Both the position numbers and the translations under genes were made by a program. Under the pieces are notes generated by a model, which searched no databases, was not told the origin of the DNA, and saw only the letters and a list, made by a program, of their open reading frames with translations. From the NCBI GenBank assembly GCA_947071955.1, contig CAMTGL010000001.1, positions 1-46,048 of the forward strand: a stretch of DNA of 46,048 nt, in the 5' to 3' direction. The DNA is from an uncultured Plesiomonas sp. GTDB taxonomy: Bacteria > Pseudomonadota > Gammaproteobacteria > Enterobacterales > CAMTGL01. Positions 32,156-43,725 of the stretch are shown one piece after another; positions within the stretch are counted from its first letter, which is position 1, and each line of letters begins with the position of its first letter.

Positions 32156-32310
32156 AGATCCTCCGTGAGTGCACCTTGACGCGTGCATGGCTCTTCCGTA
32201 AGTCAGGTATGCTGATTTTATCAACAGTCTGCCTGTTTCTGCTGAGAGTTACTAGCCTTGTTGCATGTTGTTATCGGTTATGCGGGATGTGCGCAAATAG
32301 CGCTAAAGTT

Positions 32311-32343
32311 GATTGACTCACCGTTAAAGGCGGTGAGTCAATC
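32311..32343 (-). terminator. Hairpin downstream of xanP
   Basis: GATTGACTCACCG-TTAAAGG-CGGTGAGTCAATC, 13-bp perfect stem. Confidence 0.6.
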
Positions 32344-32416
32344 GTGGTAAGCAAAGGGAAAAGGTAACTACGTTGTGTTGCTGAACGATTTTACTGATTC
32401 ACGTTATCGATTCATG

Positions 32417-33877
32417 TTACTGCTCTGTTGAGCGAGCAGTGAGAGTGCTTTTTACTGTCTGAGGCTGCTGAGTTGAACCCTCTTCAGGCAACTCTTGCGG
32501 CAGAATTAAATTCAGCGCAATGGCGGTAAAACCGCCAGCCGCAAGGCCAGATGAGAGTACCGAGCGCAGCCAGTCAGGGGCAAATTGCAGGATTTGTGGC
32601 TGTTGGGCCACGCCTAATCCCATGGCCAGTGAAATGGCAATAATCAGTACGGCACGGCGGTCGAGCTGCTCACGCGCGATAATCCGCACACCGGCGGCAG
32701 CAATGGAACCAAACATCACAATGGTTGCGCCGCCCAGTACTGGTTCGGGAATGCTCAGTACCCAGTTGGCGATTGAAGGAAATAGGCCAAGTAGCGTCAG
32801 CATTGCGGCTACTGCATAACCGACATAGCGGCTGGCAACGCCGGTCATCTGGATCACGCCGTTGTTCTGGCTAAATGTTGAGTTAGGGAAACTGTTGAAA
32901 ACGCCGGCCAGTGCTGAGTTAACACCATCAGCCAGCACGCCGCCTTTGATGCGGCGGATATATACCGGCCCGCTGACCGGCTGCTCAGAGACCTCAGAGG
33001 TGGCGGTAATATCACCAATCGCTTCGAGCGAGGTGACTAAAAATACCAGTACCAGCGGCAGCAGTAAGCTCCAATCAACGCTCAGACCATAGTAGAGTGG
33101 CGTTGGCAGCATCAGTAATGGCGCATCGTGCGGAACACTGGGTAGCATGTTCAATGCCCATGCCACCAGATAACCGGCACCCATGGCAATCACCAGTGAA
33201 GCAACCCGTAAATAGGGGTTACGCTGGCGGTTAAGCAGTACAATCAGCCCGATAACTACACCGGCCAGCAGCAGATTTTTCGGGCTACCAAAACTGCCAT
33301 CACTGAGCGCGCCAAAACCGCCGCCAATCGAGACTAAACCTACTTGAATTAGCGTCAGACCAATTAAGGTCACGACAATGCCCGAGACCAGTGGGGTAAT
33401 CACTTTTTGCGCCAGATGCAAAATCCGCGATAACAGCACTTCACTGAATGAGGCCAGAATGATTGTGCCAAATAGTGCTGCCATCATGGTCGGCACATCT
33501 GCGCCGCCCTGTTTTAATGCCAGCCCTCCGGCAATAATTGGGCCAAGAAAATTGAAACTGGTGCCCTGAATTGAGAGTAAACCTGAACCCATTGGCCCGA
33601 CAGTGCGAATAGTCAGAAAAGAGGCGAGGCCTGAAACAAACAGTGACATGCTGATGATGCGCTGGGTATCGGCGACTGGCAGGCCAAGGGCCTGACAAAT
33701 CAGCAAGGGTGGCGTGATAACGGCCACAAACATCGCCAGTAAGTGCTGACCGGCAGCAAACAGGGTTTGTGGCAACGGTGGGCGATCATCGAGACGATAA
33801 ACCAGATCGGGGTTATGTCGGGTGGCAGGTGCAGGAGTGGTATCGATGTGTTCCGGTTCGATAGCTTGTGAGCTCAT
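32417..33877 (-). CDS. xanP: Xanthine permease, NCS2/NAT family
   Basis: [24 protein letters not shown] signature [10 protein letters not shown]; PurR box upstream. Confidence 0.92.
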   Translation of the reverse strand: MSSQAIEPEHIDTTPAPATRHNPDLVYRLDDRPPLPQTLFAAGQHLLAMFVAVITPPLLICQALGLPVADTQRIISMSLFVSGLASFLTIRTVGPMGSGLLSIQGTSFNFLGPIIAGGLALKQGGADVPTMMAALFGTIILASFSEVLLSRILHLAQKVITPLVSGIVVTLIGLTLIQVGLVSIGGGFGALSDGSFGSPKNLLLAGVVIGLIVLLNRQRNPYLRVASLVIAMGAGYLVAWALNMLPSVPHDAPLLMLPTPLYYGLSVDWSLLLPLVLVFLVTSLEAIGDITATSEVSEQPVSGPVYIRRIKGGVLADGVNSALAGVFNSFPNSTFSQNNGVIQMTGVASRYVGYAVAAMLTLLGLFPSIANWVLSIPEPVLGGATIVMFGSIAAAGVRIIAREQLDRRAVLIIAISLAMGLGVAQQPQILQFAPDWLRSVLSSGLAAGGFTAIALNLILPQELPEEGSTQQPQTVKSTLTARSTEQ

Positions 33878-34006
33878 GCTAGATTCCAGTGATCATGAAA
33901 GTGAGAAAACAGTGTGATGTATGAAGTCCACAATGATTGATTGTGGTTAGTGCATTAACGCGGGTATGGCTAGATATGGCGCGCATTTTAACGTGATCAC
34001 CACAAA

Positions 34007-34022
34007 AAGCAAACGTTTGCCT
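34007..34022. promoter_or_regulatory. PurR box upstream of xanP
   Basis: AAGCAAACGTTTGCCT, 14/16 to ACGCAAACGTTTGCGT. Confidence 0.85.
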
Positions 34023-34084
34023 GTGATCTTGGCGAGATTATCGGTTAGAGAATCGGATTATAAAAGCCGAGTAACGCGGGAAAA

Positions 34085-36184
34085 TCAGGCGTTGGAGTAG
34101 TCAGTACTGTGTGCTAACCAGCGGTCAATGATTGCCTGACTGTGCTGCGGATAGTGCTGGTGCAGGTAGCGCGCCAGTTTTTGTATATCGGGGATGAGGT
34201 GTTGATCGCGCAAGAGATCGGCAATTCGAAAGCTCATCATGCCGGTCTGTTTGGTGCCAAGCAGTTCACCCGGCCCACGAATATCCAGATCGCGTTGGGC
34301 GATAATAAAGCCATCGTTGCTGTCGCGCAGTACCGAGAGCCGCTGCTGGGCGGTTTTACTCAGCGGGGTTTTATACAGCAGCACACAGTGTGAGGCGATA
34401 GCGCCTCGGCCAACTCGTCCACGTAACTGATGCAACTGTGCCAAGCCTAGACGCTCGGGGTTTTCGATAATCATCAGGCTGGCATTGGGCACATCTACCC
34501 CCACTTCGATCACGGTAGTGGCGACCAGTAAGTTGAGTGCGCCGGCTTTAAACTCTGCCATCACTGCCTGTTTCTCTGTGGCTTTCATTCGCCCGTGTAC
34601 CAGACCGATATTCAGGTGCGGCAGTTGCAAGCGCAGGTCAGCGGCTGTCTCTTCTGCTGCCTGTGCTTCGAGCACCTCTGATTCATCAATCAGGGTGCAG
34701 ACCCAGTATGCTTGCCGCTGCTCAGTGTGGCAGGCTTCGTTAACGCGGCGAATGATATCTGCTCGCCGCGAATCGGGGATCGCAACGGTCGTCACGGGTG
34801 TGCGGCCGGGCGGCAGCTCATCGATCACTGAGGTATCTAGATCGGCGTAGGCGGTCATCGCCAGCGTGCGTGGAATGGGGGTTGCTGTCATGATCAGTTG
34901 GTGCGGAGAGTAGCCGTGGGTACTGCCCTTTTCCCGCAATGTGAGCCGTTGGTGCACGCCAAAGCGGTGCTGCTCATCAATAATGATCAGTGCCAGATCA
35001 GAGAAGATAACGTTTTGCTGGAACAGAGCGTGGGTGCCGATAATCATCGCCACTTCACCCGATGCAATAGCTTGTTCTTGTGCTGCGCGTGCTTTGCCTT
35101 TTTGTTTTCCGGCCAGCCAGCCGACCTGAATGCCAAGCGGCGTAAACCACTGGCGAAAGGTGTTGGCATGCTGTTCGGCCAGCAGCTCGGTTGGGGCCAT
35201 TAGCGCCACCTGTTTGCCGTGGCTGATGGCACGTAGGGCTGCCAGTGCTGCGACCAGTGTTTTACCGGAACCTACATCACCTTGTACCAGCCGCATCATC
35301 GGAAATGGGTTGGCCAGATCAGATTCAATCTCACTGACGACCCGCTGCTGTGCACCGGTAGGTGAAAAGGGCAGAGCTTGCAAGAATGCCGGTTTGAGCG
35401 GCACTTCCTGATGGCGTGGCAATATTTCGGGCAATGCGTAAGCCGGATGCGCCTGTGCGCAGGTGCGGGCGTGCAGCATACTGAGGTTGTGCGCCAGCAA
35501 CTCTTCTAAAATCAGCCGTTGTTGTGCCGGATGTTTACCCTGTTCAAGCTCGCTCAGTGCAATATCCGGTGTTGGGCGGTGCAGCAAGTGTAAGGCTTGT
35601 TGGATGCTGATCTGGCGATGATTGAGCTGCGAAGGAAGCAGCTCAGGAATAGCCAGCTTATCGAGCATAGCCAGTGCCTGATCAGTCAGTTTACGCAGGC
35701 TGGCCTGCTTTAAGCCTTCGGTGGTTGGGTAGACCGGTGTGAGCGTCTCTTCGGTGACAGCCGGATCGTGTTGCCCGATGGCGCGGTACTCAGGGTGAAT
35801 GATCTCCGGCCCGTTAACACCGGGTTTGACCTCACCGAACACCTTGATGCGCTTTCCTTCCGTCAGACCATTTTTCATTGCCGCCGTAAAGTGAAAAAAG
35901 CGCAGTGTGAGTGTGCCGGTACCGTCACTGATGCGGCAGGTCAGCATCCGCCGACGGCCCGCGCTGATCTCGGTACGCAGCACCGAACCTTCGGCGCTGG
36001 CGTGTAAACGTGGTAACAACTGGGCAATCGGGGTGATGCGGGTACGATCTTCGTAACGCAGCGGCAGATGAAACAGCAAATCTTGCACGCTATGCAAACC
36101 GAGTTTGTTTAAGCGTGCGGCAATACTGCTGCCGACTCCGGACAGTGCCGTTAATGGCTGACTATCAAGCTGCGAGATCCCCAT
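34085..36184 (-). CDS. recG: ATP-dependent DNA helicase RecG
   Basis: QGDVGSGKT, DEQHRFG, MTATPIPR, QLRGRVGRG; TAATG coupling to spoT. Confidence 0.98.
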   Translation of the reverse strand: MGISQLDSQPLTALSGVGSSIAARLNKLGLHSVQDLLFHLPLRYEDRTRITPIAQLLPRLHASAEGSVLRTEISAGRRRMLTCRISDGTGTLTLRFFHFTAAMKNGLTEGKRIKVFGEVKPGVNGPEIIHPEYRAIGQHDPAVTEETLTPVYPTTEGLKQASLRKLTDQALAMLDKLAIPELLPSQLNHRQISIQQALHLLHRPTPDIALSELEQGKHPAQQRLILEELLAHNLSMLHARTCAQAHPAYALPEILPRHQEVPLKPAFLQALPFSPTGAQQRVVSEIESDLANPFPMMRLVQGDVGSGKTLVAALAALRAISHGKQVALMAPTELLAEQHANTFRQWFTPLGIQVGWLAGKQKGKARAAQEQAIASGEVAMIIGTHALFQQNVIFSDLALIIIDEQHRFGVHQRLTLREKGSTHGYSPHQLIMTATPIPRTLAMTAYADLDTSVIDELPPGRTPVTTVAIPDSRRADIIRRVNEACHTEQRQAYWVCTLIDESEVLEAQAAEETAADLRLQLPHLNIGLVHGRMKATEKQAVMAEFKAGALNLLVATTVIEVGVDVPNASLMIIENPERLGLAQLHQLRGRVGRGAIASHCVLLYKTPLSKTAQQRLSVLRDSNDGFIIAQRDLDIRGPGELLGTKQTGMMSFRIADLLRDQHLIPDIQKLARYLHQHYPQHSQAIIDRWLAHSTDYSNA

Positions 36185-38310
36185 TAGTTACGGTTACGGC
36201 TGACCTTTATCACATCCGGCATCACACGAATTTTACGCATAATATTGGCCAGATGTACCCGATCACGGGCGCTTAGGCGAATGAAAATATTGTACAACCG
36301 GCCATCGCGCTCTTCGGTAGTCAGATTGTAAATATTGGCTTCGGCCGTGGCGATAACGGCGGTTAAATCAGCCAGTGCACCGTGATGGTTCACCATCTCA
36401 ACTTTAATTTCGGTGACAAATTCCTGCTCAAGAACGGTTTTATCCCACTCTACAGCCATGAATTTTTCCGGCTCTTTTTGGTAGCCGCGAATATTCCGAC
36501 AAGATTCATGGTGGATAACCAAGCCTTTACCGGGGCTAACATGGGCAATAATCGGATCACCCGGAATAGGTCGGCAGCACTTGGCAAAGGTCAGCAAAAT
36601 ACCGTCGGCCCCGCGGATCGGCAGCTTTTTATGCGTGTTCGGTTTTCCGCTGCTTTCGGCAACCGGTTGAGGCTCGGTAGCTTTTTGTTGTAACCGGCGT
36701 GCAATCACCACGCTCATGGCATTACCTAAACCCACTTCGGCTAGCAGATCATCGAGTGTATGCAGTTTCAGATCATCGAGCACACGTTGGGTATTTTCAC
36801 GGGTAATATCGGCCAGTTTCACGCCACCTAATGCGTGGTTAAGTAGACGACGGCCAAGGATCACCGAGTCATCCCGCTTGAGGTTTTTTAGCATCTGGCG
36901 GATTTTGGATCGCGCTTTTGAGCTGACCACAAAGTTGAGCCATGCCGCGTTCGGGCGAGTACCCGGAGCGGTAATAATTTCAACGGTTTGGCCAGAGCTT
37001 AGCGCTTGAGAGAGCGGGAACGGCAGGCGATCAACCCGCGAGCCGACACAGGTGTGACCAATATCGGTATGTACCGCGTAGGCAAAATCAACCGGTGTTG
37101 AGCCTGCGGGTAGCTCGACAATCCGCCCTTCTGGGGTGAAAACGTAAATCTCATCAGGGAACAAGTCAGATTTGACGTTTTCAATAAATTCAAATGAGTT
37201 ACCGGCACTTTGTTGCAACTCAAGCAGGCTTTGCATCCAGCGCTGTGCCCGCAGTTGTGCGGTGCTGACCGGTTCGCCTTGTTGCTTGTAAGCCCAGTGT
37301 GCAGCTACCCCCATTTCAGCCATTTGATCCATATAATCGGTACGGATCTGTACCTCCACCGGCACGCCGTGCGGCCCGATCATGGAGGTGTGCAGTGACT
37401 GATAGCCGTTGGCTTTGGGAATGGCAATATAATCTTTTACCCGACCCGGGCGAGGTTTGTACAGACTGTGCATCTGCCCAAGTACGCGGTAACAACTGTC
37501 GACATCTTTGACGATTACGCGAAAAGCGTAAATATCCATAATGCTGTGGAATCGTTGCTCTTTGAGCCGCATTTTATGGTAGATGGAGTACAGATGTTTT
37601 TCACGTCCGCTGACTTTTGCTGGCAGCCCGACCTCTTTCAGACGACCATCAATTTCAGACAGGATCTTTTGGATCATCTCTTTACGATTACCGCGCGCTG
37701 CTTTGACTACCTCTTTGAGTACACGAAAGCGGTTGGGGTACAAAGCTTCAAAGCCCAGTTCTTCAAGCTCAGTTTTGAGATGATGAATACCAAGGCGGTG
37801 TGCTAGCGGGCTGTAAATTTCGAGTGTTTCACGCGCGATACGGCGGCGTTTATCGGGGCGCAGCGAGCCGAGTGTGCGCATGTTGTGCGTACGGTCGGCC
37901 AGTTTGATCAAGATGACGCGGATATCCTGCACCATCGCCATGATCATTTTGCGGAAGTTCTCGGCTTGCGCCTCTTTTTTATCGCGGAATTTGAGTTTAT
38001 CGAGTTTTGACACACCTTCAACCAGCTCAGCAACGCTTTTTCCAAAGCGCTCTTGCAGGTCTTGGTGGGTTATCTCGGTATCTTCAATAACATCATGCAG
38101 CAGCGCGGCCATAAGCGTTTCGTGGTCGAGGTGCATCTCGCCCAGAATACAGGCCACGGCGACCGGATGGGTGATGTAAGGCTCCCCGCTGGAGCGAGTT
38201 TGGCCTTCGTGTGCATCACGCGCGATAATAAACGCCTGCCTGAGGCGTTCGATCTGATCCTCAGGCAGATAGCGCTGTGCAACTTGGTACAGGCTTTCAA
38301 ATAAGTACAA
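36184..38310 (-). CDS. spoT: Bifunctional (p)ppGpp synthetase/hydrolase
   Basis: MYLFESL, HEGQTRSSGEPYITHP, LLHDVIED, NGYQSLHT, TGS and ACT domains; TTG start. Confidence 0.98.
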   Translation of the reverse strand: MYLFESLYQVAQRYLPEDQIERLRQAFIIARDAHEGQTRSSGEPYITHPVAVACILGEMHLDHETLMAALLHDVIEDTEITHQDLQERFGKSVAELVEGVSKLDKLKFRDKKEAQAENFRKMIMAMVQDIRVILIKLADRTHNMRTLGSLRPDKRRRIARETLEIYSPLAHRLGIHHLKTELEELGFEALYPNRFRVLKEVVKAARGNRKEMIQKILSEIDGRLKEVGLPAKVSGREKHLYSIYHKMRLKEQRFHSIMDIYAFRVIVKDVDSCYRVLGQMHSLYKPRPGRVKDYIAIPKANGYQSLHTSMIGPHGVPVEVQIRTDYMDQMAEMGVAAHWAYKQQGEPVSTAQLRAQRWMQSLLELQQSAGNSFEFIENVKSDLFPDEIYVFTPEGRIVELPAGSTPVDFAYAVHTDIGHTCVGSRVDRLPFPLSQALSSGQTVEIITAPGTRPNAAWLNFVVSSKARSKIRQMLKNLKRDDSVILGRRLLNHALGGVKLADITRENTQRVLDDLKLHTLDDLLAEVGLGNAMSVVIARRLQQKATEPQPVAESSGKPNTHKKLPIRGADGILLTFAKCCRPIPGDPIIAHVSPGKGLVIHHESCRNIRGYQKEPEKFMAVEWDKTVLEQEFVTEIKVEMVNHHGALADLTAVIATAEANIYNLTTEERDGRLYNIFIRLSARDRVHLANIMRKIRVMPDVIKVSRNRN

Positions 38311-38335
38311 GGTCTAGGGCGCACTCAACAGAGAA

Positions 38336-38611
38336 TTAACGACGGCTTTCTGCAATAGCGGCAACCGCTTGCAGTTCTGCTGCTTCTTGCTCTTGCTGTT
38401 CCTGACGCGCACGCGCATCAAGGATATCAGCATTGATCAAACCATCTTCGATCTCGCGCAGGGCGATCACGGTGTACTTGTCGTTCTCTTCTGGTACTAA
38501 AGGATCTTTACCTTGAGTTTGCATCTGACGTGCACGACGTGCAGCGACCAGTACCAGGTCAAAACGGTTACCAACTTTCTCAACGGCGTCTTGTACGGTT
38601 ACGCGGGCCAT
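38336..38611 (-). CDS. rpoZ: RNA polymerase omega subunit
   Basis: [29 protein letters not shown]. Confidence 0.98.
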   Translation of the reverse strand: MARVTVQDAVEKVGNRFDLVLVAARRARQMQTQGKDPLVPEENDKYTVIALREIEDGLINADILDARARQEQQEQEAAELQAVAAIAESRR

Positions 38612-38674
38612 GAATGACTCCAATGGATCCAATAGGGAAAAGACAAATGACTAGAAATAATACTCAATCCGAGC

Positions 38675-39313
<639 letters not shown>

Positions 39314-39665
39314 TTACTGGCTGTGCGGCTGCCTGTAAATGGGCAAGAGATCATCGTATGGCAGGGCGTTTTATCTGTGCGATTGCTATCTTGTGAGATA
39401 GCGCTTTCGCATCGGCAAAACGATGCTTTTGTTTTACGGCTGTTTACCACCGTGAACAGGTAAACGATCATTTTAGCTGATTTTATTTGCGCTGTCGTTA
39501 ACGGCGGTGCAATGGCCGTGTAATGAAGTGGGTAATCAGGTCAGTAATGTAGTTGGATGGGCATTTATGCTGCTCTGCATCCCCAATAAAAAAGGTTTTT
39601 GATTATATCAACATGTAACGGAATGTTGTATGTGTAAAAAAGAAGTAACAAAGAGTGTGCGTAGC

Positions 39666-39679
39666 TTGATGGAGATCAT
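39666..39679. promoter_or_regulatory. FNR site upstream of dmsA
   Basis: TTGAT-GGAG-ATCAT, 9/10 match, upstream of an anaerobic respiration operon. Confidence 0.7.
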
Positions 39680-39737
39680 GGGCATCTACTACTAAGTAGT
39701 TAACACTTGCTTGCATCATAATAATGCGAGCAATGTC

Positions 39738-42191
39738 ATGACTATTAAAAAATCGATAATTTCGCGCTTGATGAGCCGCCGAACCTTTGTACAGGGGTCT
39801 GCCGCAGTGACTGGTGCGGCAGCCGTTGCCAGCGCAATGAGTCTGCCATTTCGTGCTCAGGCCGCAACCGAAAATGCTTCTGCTGCCGCAACCGCGGCAG
39901 GTGAAGAGATCCGCTACAGTGCCTGCTTGGTAAACTGTGGCAGCCGTTGCCCGTTAAAGGTGCATGTGAAAGACGGTGTGGCGATTAAAATTTCCCCCGA
40001 AGACGGTATTAATGAGGCGGTATTTGGCCAGCACCAGATCCGCCCTTGTCTGCGTGGCCGCTCTGCGCGCTGGCGCACCTATAACCCCGACCGTTTAAAG
40101 TACCCGATGTTGCGCGTTGGCAAGCGCGGAGAGGGGAAATTTAAGCGTATCAGTTGGGATGAAGCGACGACCATTGTGGCAAACCAGCTTACCCGTGTGA
40201 TTGAAACTTACGGTAATGAAGCTATCTATTATCAGTATGGTTCGGGTACTACGGGGGCCAATTTACAGGGGCGCAATACCTGTAAGCGGTTACTCAGTGC
40301 GGCCGGTGGTTTTTTGGATATGCACGGTACGTATTCTGAGTGCCAAATTAACAGTATTCAGCCGTATGTGTTTGGGCAGGCGGGGAATATCTACGGAACA
40401 GAACAGCAAACGCTATTTTCAGAGATCAAAAACTCTGATCTGGTGGTGATGTTTGGGCAAAATCTGGCCGAAACTCGGATGTCTGGCGGTGGCCAGATTG
40501 CTGAGATTTACCATGCGATAGAGCAGAGCAATCCGCGGGTGATTATTATTGATCCGCGTCGTACTGACAGTATTACGGCATTTGATGCTGAGTGGATCCC
40601 GATTCGCCCTGGTACGGATGCGGCGTTGGTTGCGGGCATGGTACATACGTTAATCACTGAAAAGCTGATTGATGAGGCGATGTTGGCCAAATATACCTTG
40701 GGTTGGGATGATGCTTCACTGCCGGCATCCGCTGAGCCGAATGGTTCGTATAAATCCTATATTTTGGGATTAGGGGCCGATAAAACAGCAAAAACACCGG
40801 AATGGGCCAGTGAGCTGACCGGTATTCCGGCCACCAGAATTAAGCAGTTAGCCCGTGAAATTGCCGGTGCGAATGCCGCCTGGATTTCACAAGGCTGGGG
40901 TGTACAACGTTCACACAACGGTGAGCATGCCGCGCGCGCTATTATGATGCTGCCGGTACTGACGGGGCAGTTTGGTCGTCCGGGAACTAACATCGGAACA
41001 TGGGGCGGCAGTGTGACGTATCCTGTACCGGGCTTGGCATTAGCAAATCCGGTAAAAGTATCGATTCCGTGCTTTTTGTGGACGGATGCGATTGTACGCG
41101 GCACTGAGATGACGGCGACCCATGATTTTGTGAAAGGCCGTGATCAGCTGAAAACCAATATTAAGTTTTTATGGAATTACGCCAGTAATGTGACGGCAAA
41201 TCAGCACTCTGATTTGAATACGACGCAGAAAATTTTACAAGATGAGTCGCTGTGTGAGTTTATTCTTGTGTGGGATAACCATATGACACCGACGGCAAAA
41301 TTTGCAGATTTGCTGCTGCCAGATGTTTCGACGTTAGAGTCAGATGATTTAATCAATAATTCATACCAGTCAGGTGCTTATCACTATGTGGTTCGGTTGC
41401 AGCAGGCTATTGAACCGATGTGGGAGAACCGCGCTACCTATGATGTGCTGGCTGAAATTGCCGCTAAAATGGGGCTAAAACAGCAGTTTACGGAAGGTAA
41501 AACCTACCAAGACTGGATTAAATCTTCTTACAATAAAATGCGTGAAACGGAGACGCATCTGCCACCGTTTGAACAGACTGATGGTATGGGCATTATTGAC
41601 CGCCGAGTAGCAAAAAGCGAAGAGCATATCGCGTTAAAAGATTTTCGTGCTGATCCGTTGGCAAACCCGCTGAAAACACCGTCAGGTAAAATTGAGATCT
41701 ATTCAGCAGCACTTGATGCGTTGGCTAAAACCCGCCCGTTGCCACAAGGTGACAAGATTATTCCAGTACCTGAATACTATCCGGCCGTAGAGGGGATACA
41801 GGATACCCAAACGCTGGCTCAGTACCCAATTCAATTGATCGGTTTTCATACCAAAGGGCATTGCCATTCGACTTATCCTTCGGTGTTGCAACTGCGCGAA
41901 GCTGTGCCGGATGAGCTGTGGATGAATCCGCTGGATGCCGCAGCCCGAGGTCTGGTTTCCGGTGATGTGGCTGAAGTGTACAACAGTCGCGGTAAAATGC
42001 GGATGCCGGTGAAGGTAACAGCGCGAATTATGCCGGGTGTGGCGGCCGCGCCGGAAGGGGCATGGTCGGTGACCAATAAGCAGGGGGTAGATGTTGGCGG
42101 ATGTATCAACCGCTTAACCTCGTTGCGCCCGACAGCGCTGGGCAAAGGCAACCCGCAGCACACTAATCTTGTTGAAATTAAGCCGGTATAA
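39738..42191 (+). CDS. dmsA: Anaerobic DMSO/S-,N-oxide reductase catalytic molybdopterin subunit (DmsA/YnfE family)
   Basis: Tat signal SRRTFVQG; CLVNCGSRC...CLRG Fe-S motif; PIRPGTDAAL; TPSGKIEIYS; KGNPQHTNLV. Confidence 0.9.
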   Translation: MTIKKSIISRLMSRRTFVQGSAAVTGAAAVASAMSLPFRAQAATENASAAATAAGEEIRYSACLVNCGSRCPLKVHVKDGVAIKISPEDGINEAVFGQHQIRPCLRGRSARWRTYNPDRLKYPMLRVGKRGEGKFKRISWDEATTIVANQLTRVIETYGNEAIYYQYGSGTTGANLQGRNTCKRLLSAAGGFLDMHGTYSECQINSIQPYVFGQAGNIYGTEQQTLFSEIKNSDLVVMFGQNLAETRMSGGGQIAEIYHAIEQSNPRVIIIDPRRTDSITAFDAEWIPIRPGTDAALVAGMVHTLITEKLIDEAMLAKYTLGWDDASLPASAEPNGSYKSYILGLGADKTAKTPEWASELTGIPATRIKQLAREIAGANAAWISQGWGVQRSHNGEHAARAIMMLPVLTGQFGRPGTNIGTWGGSVTYPVPGLALANPVKVSIPCFLWTDAIVRGTEMTATHDFVKGRDQLKTNIKFLWNYASNVTANQHSDLNTTQKILQDESLCEFILVWDNHMTPTAKFADLLLPDVSTLESDDLINNSYQSGAYHYVVRLQQAIEPMWENRATYDVLAEIAAKMGLKQQFTEGKTYQDWIKSSYNKMRETETHLPPFEQTDGMGIIDRRVAKSEEHIALKDFRADPLANPLKTPSGKIEIYSAALDALAKTRPLPQGDKIIPVPEYYPAVEGIQDTQTLAQYPIQLIGFHTKGHCHSTYPSVLQLREAVPDELWMNPLDAAARGLVSGDVAEVYNSRGKMRMPVKVTARIMPGVAAAPEGAWSVTNKQGVDVGGCINRLTSLRPTALGKGNPQHTNLVEIKPV

Positions 42192-42204
42192 GGGGCGTTA
42201 ACTC

Positions 42205-42822
42205 ATGACTCAATATGGATTCTATGTCGACTCCGCAAAGTGCACCGGCTGTAAAACTTGCCAAGTGAGCTGTAAAGATGAAAAAGATCTGGGTATCGGC
42301 CCAAAATTTCGTCGGGTGTATGAGTACGGCGGCGGTAGCTGGGTAAAACAGGGTTCGGCATGGAAGCCGGATGTGTTCAATTACTATCTGTCGATTGCTT
42401 GTAACCACTGTTCTGAGCCGACCTGTGTGGCAGGCTGTCCAACCGGTGCGATGCACAAGCGGGCGGAAGATGGTCTGGTGGTGGTTAATCAAGATGTGTG
42501 TGTCGGTTGCCGCTATTGCGAGATGCGCTGCCCGTATGGTGCGCCGCAGTTTGATGCGCAAAAGAAGGTGATGAGCAAGTGTGATGGTTGCTATCAACGA
42601 GTTGCAGAAGGGCTGATGCCCGTTTGTGTGGGATCATGCCCGCAGCGAGCGCTTGATTTTGGTGATATTGAGCTGTTACGCCAGAAGTACGGTACGCAAA
42701 ATGCCATTGCGCCATTGCCTGATCCTATGCTGACGAAGCCTAATCTGATTATTAAACCCCATCCGGATGCGCGTCCGTCAGGGGATACCACCGGTGCTGT
42801 GCAGAATAAGGGAGAGGTTTAA
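42205..42822 (+). CDS. dmsB: DMSO reductase iron-sulfur subunit
   Basis: MTQYGFYVDS..CTGCKTCQVSC; CNHC..PTC...CP; CVGCRYC...CPY; KCDGC. Confidence 0.95.
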   Translation: MTQYGFYVDSAKCTGCKTCQVSCKDEKDLGIGPKFRRVYEYGGGSWVKQGSAWKPDVFNYYLSIACNHCSEPTCVAGCPTGAMHKRAEDGLVVVNQDVCVGCRYCEMRCPYGAPQFDAQKKVMSKCDGCYQRVAEGLMPVCVGSCPQRALDFGDIELLRQKYGTQNAIAPLPDPMLTKPNLIIKPHPDARPSGDTTGAVQNKGEV

Positions 42823-42823
42823 G

Positions 42824-43618
42824 ATGCACGAACTTCCGTTAGTTTTTTTTACCGTGTTTGGTCAGGCTGCCGCCGGTTTACTGCTGTGCTTGTTGATTAG
42901 CGTTGCACTGGGGCTGACATCGGCAGAACAGGCAGCGCGTGCTCGTATGGGTGCGCTGGTGCTGTTGATTATCGGGTCAGCGATTGGTGGTTTGCATATG
43001 GGGCAGCCGCTGCGCGCGCTGAACCTGCTGGCCGGTGCAGTTCGCTCACCGATGAGCAATGAGATTATTTTGAGCGGTTTCTTTTTAGGATCGGCGGCAC
43101 TGAGTGTGCTGCTTGACTGGCGCGGTGTGGGGCAGCAGGTGTTCGGCAAGCTGGTCCATACTGCGACGGTGCTGCTAGGGCTGATGTTTGTCTGGTCAAT
43201 TCCACGGGTCTATCAGCTTGATACTGTCAGCGCATGGGCCAGCCCGTATACCTCACTGCATATGTTATTGACCGTGCTGGTGGCTGGCGGGATCTGTGCG
43301 GCACTGTTCGGCTCTTGCCGAGTGGGGGCACTGGTCAGTGTGTTTGGAGTGACAGGTACTGTGCTGAGTAAAACCGGTTATGTCGGTTTTCTGACCGCAA
43401 CATCGCCGCTGTTGGCTGAGCAACAACACAACTGGTGGATGGGGCAGAGTGCGGCGCTGCTCATCGGTGGCGGGATCTGTTTGGTGCTGCTGTGCCAACC
43501 GAAAACCGCGCTGACATCGCGTTCAACTCCGCTGTTGGCTGCGGGCGCGCTAATTATGCTTGCTGGTGAGCTGGCTGGCCGCATCGCCTTCTATAATCTG
43601 TGGGCGATTGGGATGTAA
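42824..43618 (+). CDS. dmsC: DMSO reductase membrane anchor subunit
   Basis: MHELPLVFFTVFGQ, HMGQPLRA.N, SPMSNE, ELAGR..FY; ATG 42824 after GAGG. Confidence 0.9.
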   Translation: MHELPLVFFTVFGQAAAGLLLCLLISVALGLTSAEQAARARMGALVLLIIGSAIGGLHMGQPLRALNLLAGAVRSPMSNEIILSGFFLGSAALSVLLDWRGVGQQVFGKLVHTATVLLGLMFVWSIPRVYQLDTVSAWASPYTSLHMLLTVLVAGGICAALFGSCRVGALVSVFGVTGTVLSKTGYVGFLTATSPLLAEQQHNWWMGQSAALLIGGGICLVLLCQPKTALTSRSTPLLAAGALIMLAGELAGRIAFYNLWAIGM

Positions 43619-43653
43619 GTGCTTGTATATCGTTAGATAAGTTATGTCATGGG

Positions 43654-43686
43654 CATGCCAAGGTGAGTAAATTGTACCTTGGCATG
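43654..43686. other. Intergenic stem-loop between dmsC and dmsD
   Basis: CATGCCAAGGT-N11-ACCTTGGCATG, 11-bp perfect stem with no U-tract. Confidence 0.6.
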
Positions 43687-43725
43687 GCTCTGCATCCCCC
43701 AATACGTTTATTTTTTTCAGGATAG

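Noticed and set aside
39599-39611. FNR site TTGAT-TAT-ATCAA
   Set aside because: The spacer is 3 nt; the site at 39666 fits the consensus spacing.
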